64,000 nt of DNA from Dendrobates tinctorius (taxonomy: Eukaryota). Every line of letters starts with the position of its first letter. Within the stretch, counting starts at the first letter, position 1. The notes beneath the pieces are model-generated. The model was not told the origin of the DNA. It saw only the letters and a list, made by a program, of their open reading frames with translations, and searched no databases. The stretch spans positions 1,178,001 to 1,242,000 of the forward strand of contig NW_027361982.1 of assembly GCF_039654945.1 (NCBI RefSeq). Direction: 5' to 3'. The translations under genes were made by a program, and so were the position numbers. Below, piece after piece: positions 62,000 to 64,000 of this stretch.

Positions 62000-62960
62000 G
62001 CCATCTGCCCCCTGCCACATTCAGAACTTCGCCTCAGCCTCCTCGTCAGATAAAGATGTTATGGACGGCTTGTAACCTGTTGAGAACGGTGAATCATCGG
62101 AGAAGAGGTTCAACCTTCCTTATATCCCAGAGCTAAGGGTAGAAGATCTTTTATCTCTCCTTTTCACATTCTGCTCCTATAGCTCCTAACGTCCTTATCC
62201 ATACTTTCATAAGGAGAATTTGGCCTTGTCCTCCTTCATTCTCCTGACCCCCTCATTCAAGTACGGCTCCCCCAGGGATTCAGTACAAGCAGTCATCTTT
62301 GGAACAGGGCCAAAGTCGACCCAAATTGGTTCCTACTACTCCTTCCATAGTTCTCAGGATGTACTGACTTCGAGTGTGTCTTGTTTTTCCACTTCTTCCT
62401 CGGCCGCTCCACTCCTTGTCCATATCCATTGGAAATAACCTGCTGGTCCAGCAACTGAACGGGTGTCCAGGCACTTACACAAGTGACCAAACCCCTCCAT
62501 GTTACACACACTCCTGCACACAACAGCACTAAATGAGTGGGATCACCACTCTTATGGCAATGTTTCTATTGATCTTGTCCCTTCCCAAAAATGCTGATGA
62601 GGGGCTGTGGCAGACAAACCTATCAGAATCTTTTAACATCAAAATGAAGTGCCAGGCCCCCAACCTGATACCTTATCCTGGTTATTTTTTTGGGACCTCC
62701 GCTACTTCTCTAGGCCATTTCAAGGCCATTCCTGCATCTTCAACCTCAAAGAGGTTTCCCATGAATCAAAAAGCCAAAGATGATGATTAATTCCCTGAGG
62801 CCCCATTTACCCTAGAGTTTCCTTCCATGACCTCTCTGCTTTGCAATCTCAGGAGTGCCATCCATTTCTCCGGATTCTCACATGAAGGCCTTCATGTCTC
62901 TCCATAGTGAGCACAGGCGGAGCTGAAGCCAAATTGATGCAACTCCAGCCAAATCTTCAC
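62000..62960 (-). mobile_element. Decayed Tx1/L1-type ORF1 (zinc-knuckle) remnant
   Basis: Minus-strand GIRLGAW..ML.....HSPSSAFLGRD and C..EGFGHLCKC-like fragments with many stops. Confidence 0.45.
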
Positions 62961-63229
62961 ACTCCTGGGCCAGATGGTGCACTCATGGCTAGTTCTTGGC
63001 TTCCCCTTCTCCTCTCTGGCCCAGACTGGAGTTCAGGACCCAGGTACTCCATCCTGGTGGAAGCCCAAGACTCCCCTCCCTCTTGAGAAGAAAGGTCTGG
63101 GTCAGACAGTTCTCGTTTCTTTAGTCTTGTCTGAAGGAGGAACTGCAGACACCCCTGCTCCAGCGTGTCACAGCCATGATACAAAGGTGTCCAAATAGTC
63201 ACCACATTGCAGCTTGAACATGAAGTCAT

Positions 63230-63430
63230 TGAACAGTCAGAAAGTCCTTGTGATCCCTGTCAACCTTTGAGTGTCTACAAGGGCATGTGAGCATCAGAGC
63301 TGGACCATGGAGTCATGGAAGAAAGTGACCTGATGAGCCTCATTTTCATCATGTAGATGGCCGGGCGCCTGTGCATGAATTATCTGGGGAAGAGATGGCA
63401 CCTGGATGCAGTGTGGGAAGGAGACAAGGG
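63230..63430 (+). mobile_element. Tc1 transposase remnant
   Basis: HQSWTMESWKKVT...HHVDGR....GEEMAPGCSVGRRQ with frameshifts. Confidence 0.6.
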
Positions 63431-64000
63431 AGCAGGGGCGGCGTAATATGCAATATTTTGCAATGTGATGGAGCAATCATCCTTCTGCTGGCATCACGTG
63501 GCAGTGACGTCGCCCCCTAATCATTGTACAGTCGCCAATTCATGGCAGAGGGGTTCAGAAAGGAGGAACGTGACGAAAGGTCAAAGTAATGAGTTGTCCC
63601 CAAATTCCCAGATCTCATTCTGATCAATCATCTGTGGATGTTCTGGAAAAACAAGTGAATGAGGTTGGAGAGAGAGGGACACGGCAGACAAAGATTCTGC
63701 TGCATGGACAACAAAATTAGCAAAAGGTCTGCACCCCAGTACGCGTGGTGGCCGCTACGCCTGCACCCTGGGATGATTTATACAGTTTTCTAGATTAAAT
63801 TCTGTCCTATAATCATTTCTGCCTCCATTTTGGTTTATGAGCAAAATACACCAGTGATTTACCTCCCGACACATAAATGCTGGAGACACAGAGGGAGGAT
63901 GAGGCCACGTGTCTGCGGGGACTGATGTCCACTCTGCTATTTCTTCCCTGAACCTTCCTTCTCTCTTCACCTTCCTACTTCCGACGTCCCGTTCAGCCAT

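Overview
Repeat-rich vertebrate genomic DNA; the repeat families and gene content suggest an anuran (frog), which is an inference. Four protein-coding genes can be reconstructed by hand. (1) A minus-strand MEIOSIN/BHMG1-like gene (exons 22734-22777 to 1139-1286) with an intact C-terminal HMG box, no visible bHLH exons, and a CpG-island promoter at about 22.6-23.0 kb. (2) An intronless adenosine-receptor-like class A GPCR (32677-33807, +). (3) SNRPD2 (3 exons, -, start codon split AT|G). (4) A short secreted PGLYRP1-like peptidoglycan recognition protein (4 coding exons, -) that keeps all amidase Zn ligands. MEIOSIN, SNRPD2 and PGLYRP1 are also neighbours on human 19q13.3. The rest is long minisatellite arrays, which explain almost all long repetitive ORFs in the track, and nested transposons (piggyBac-like, hAT, Harbinger-like, Tc1, CR1, L2, V-SINE, Penelope-like). 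Highlights: the bHLH-less MEIOSIN with a possible poison/uORF cassette exon; a 68-bp intron expanded by a 7.9-kb insertion with a 12-bp target duplication; a minimal hammerhead ribozyme motif; a tandem array of CTCF-like motifs; and a small inversion that breaks a Tc1 element. All family assignments come from remembered motifs, not from database searches.
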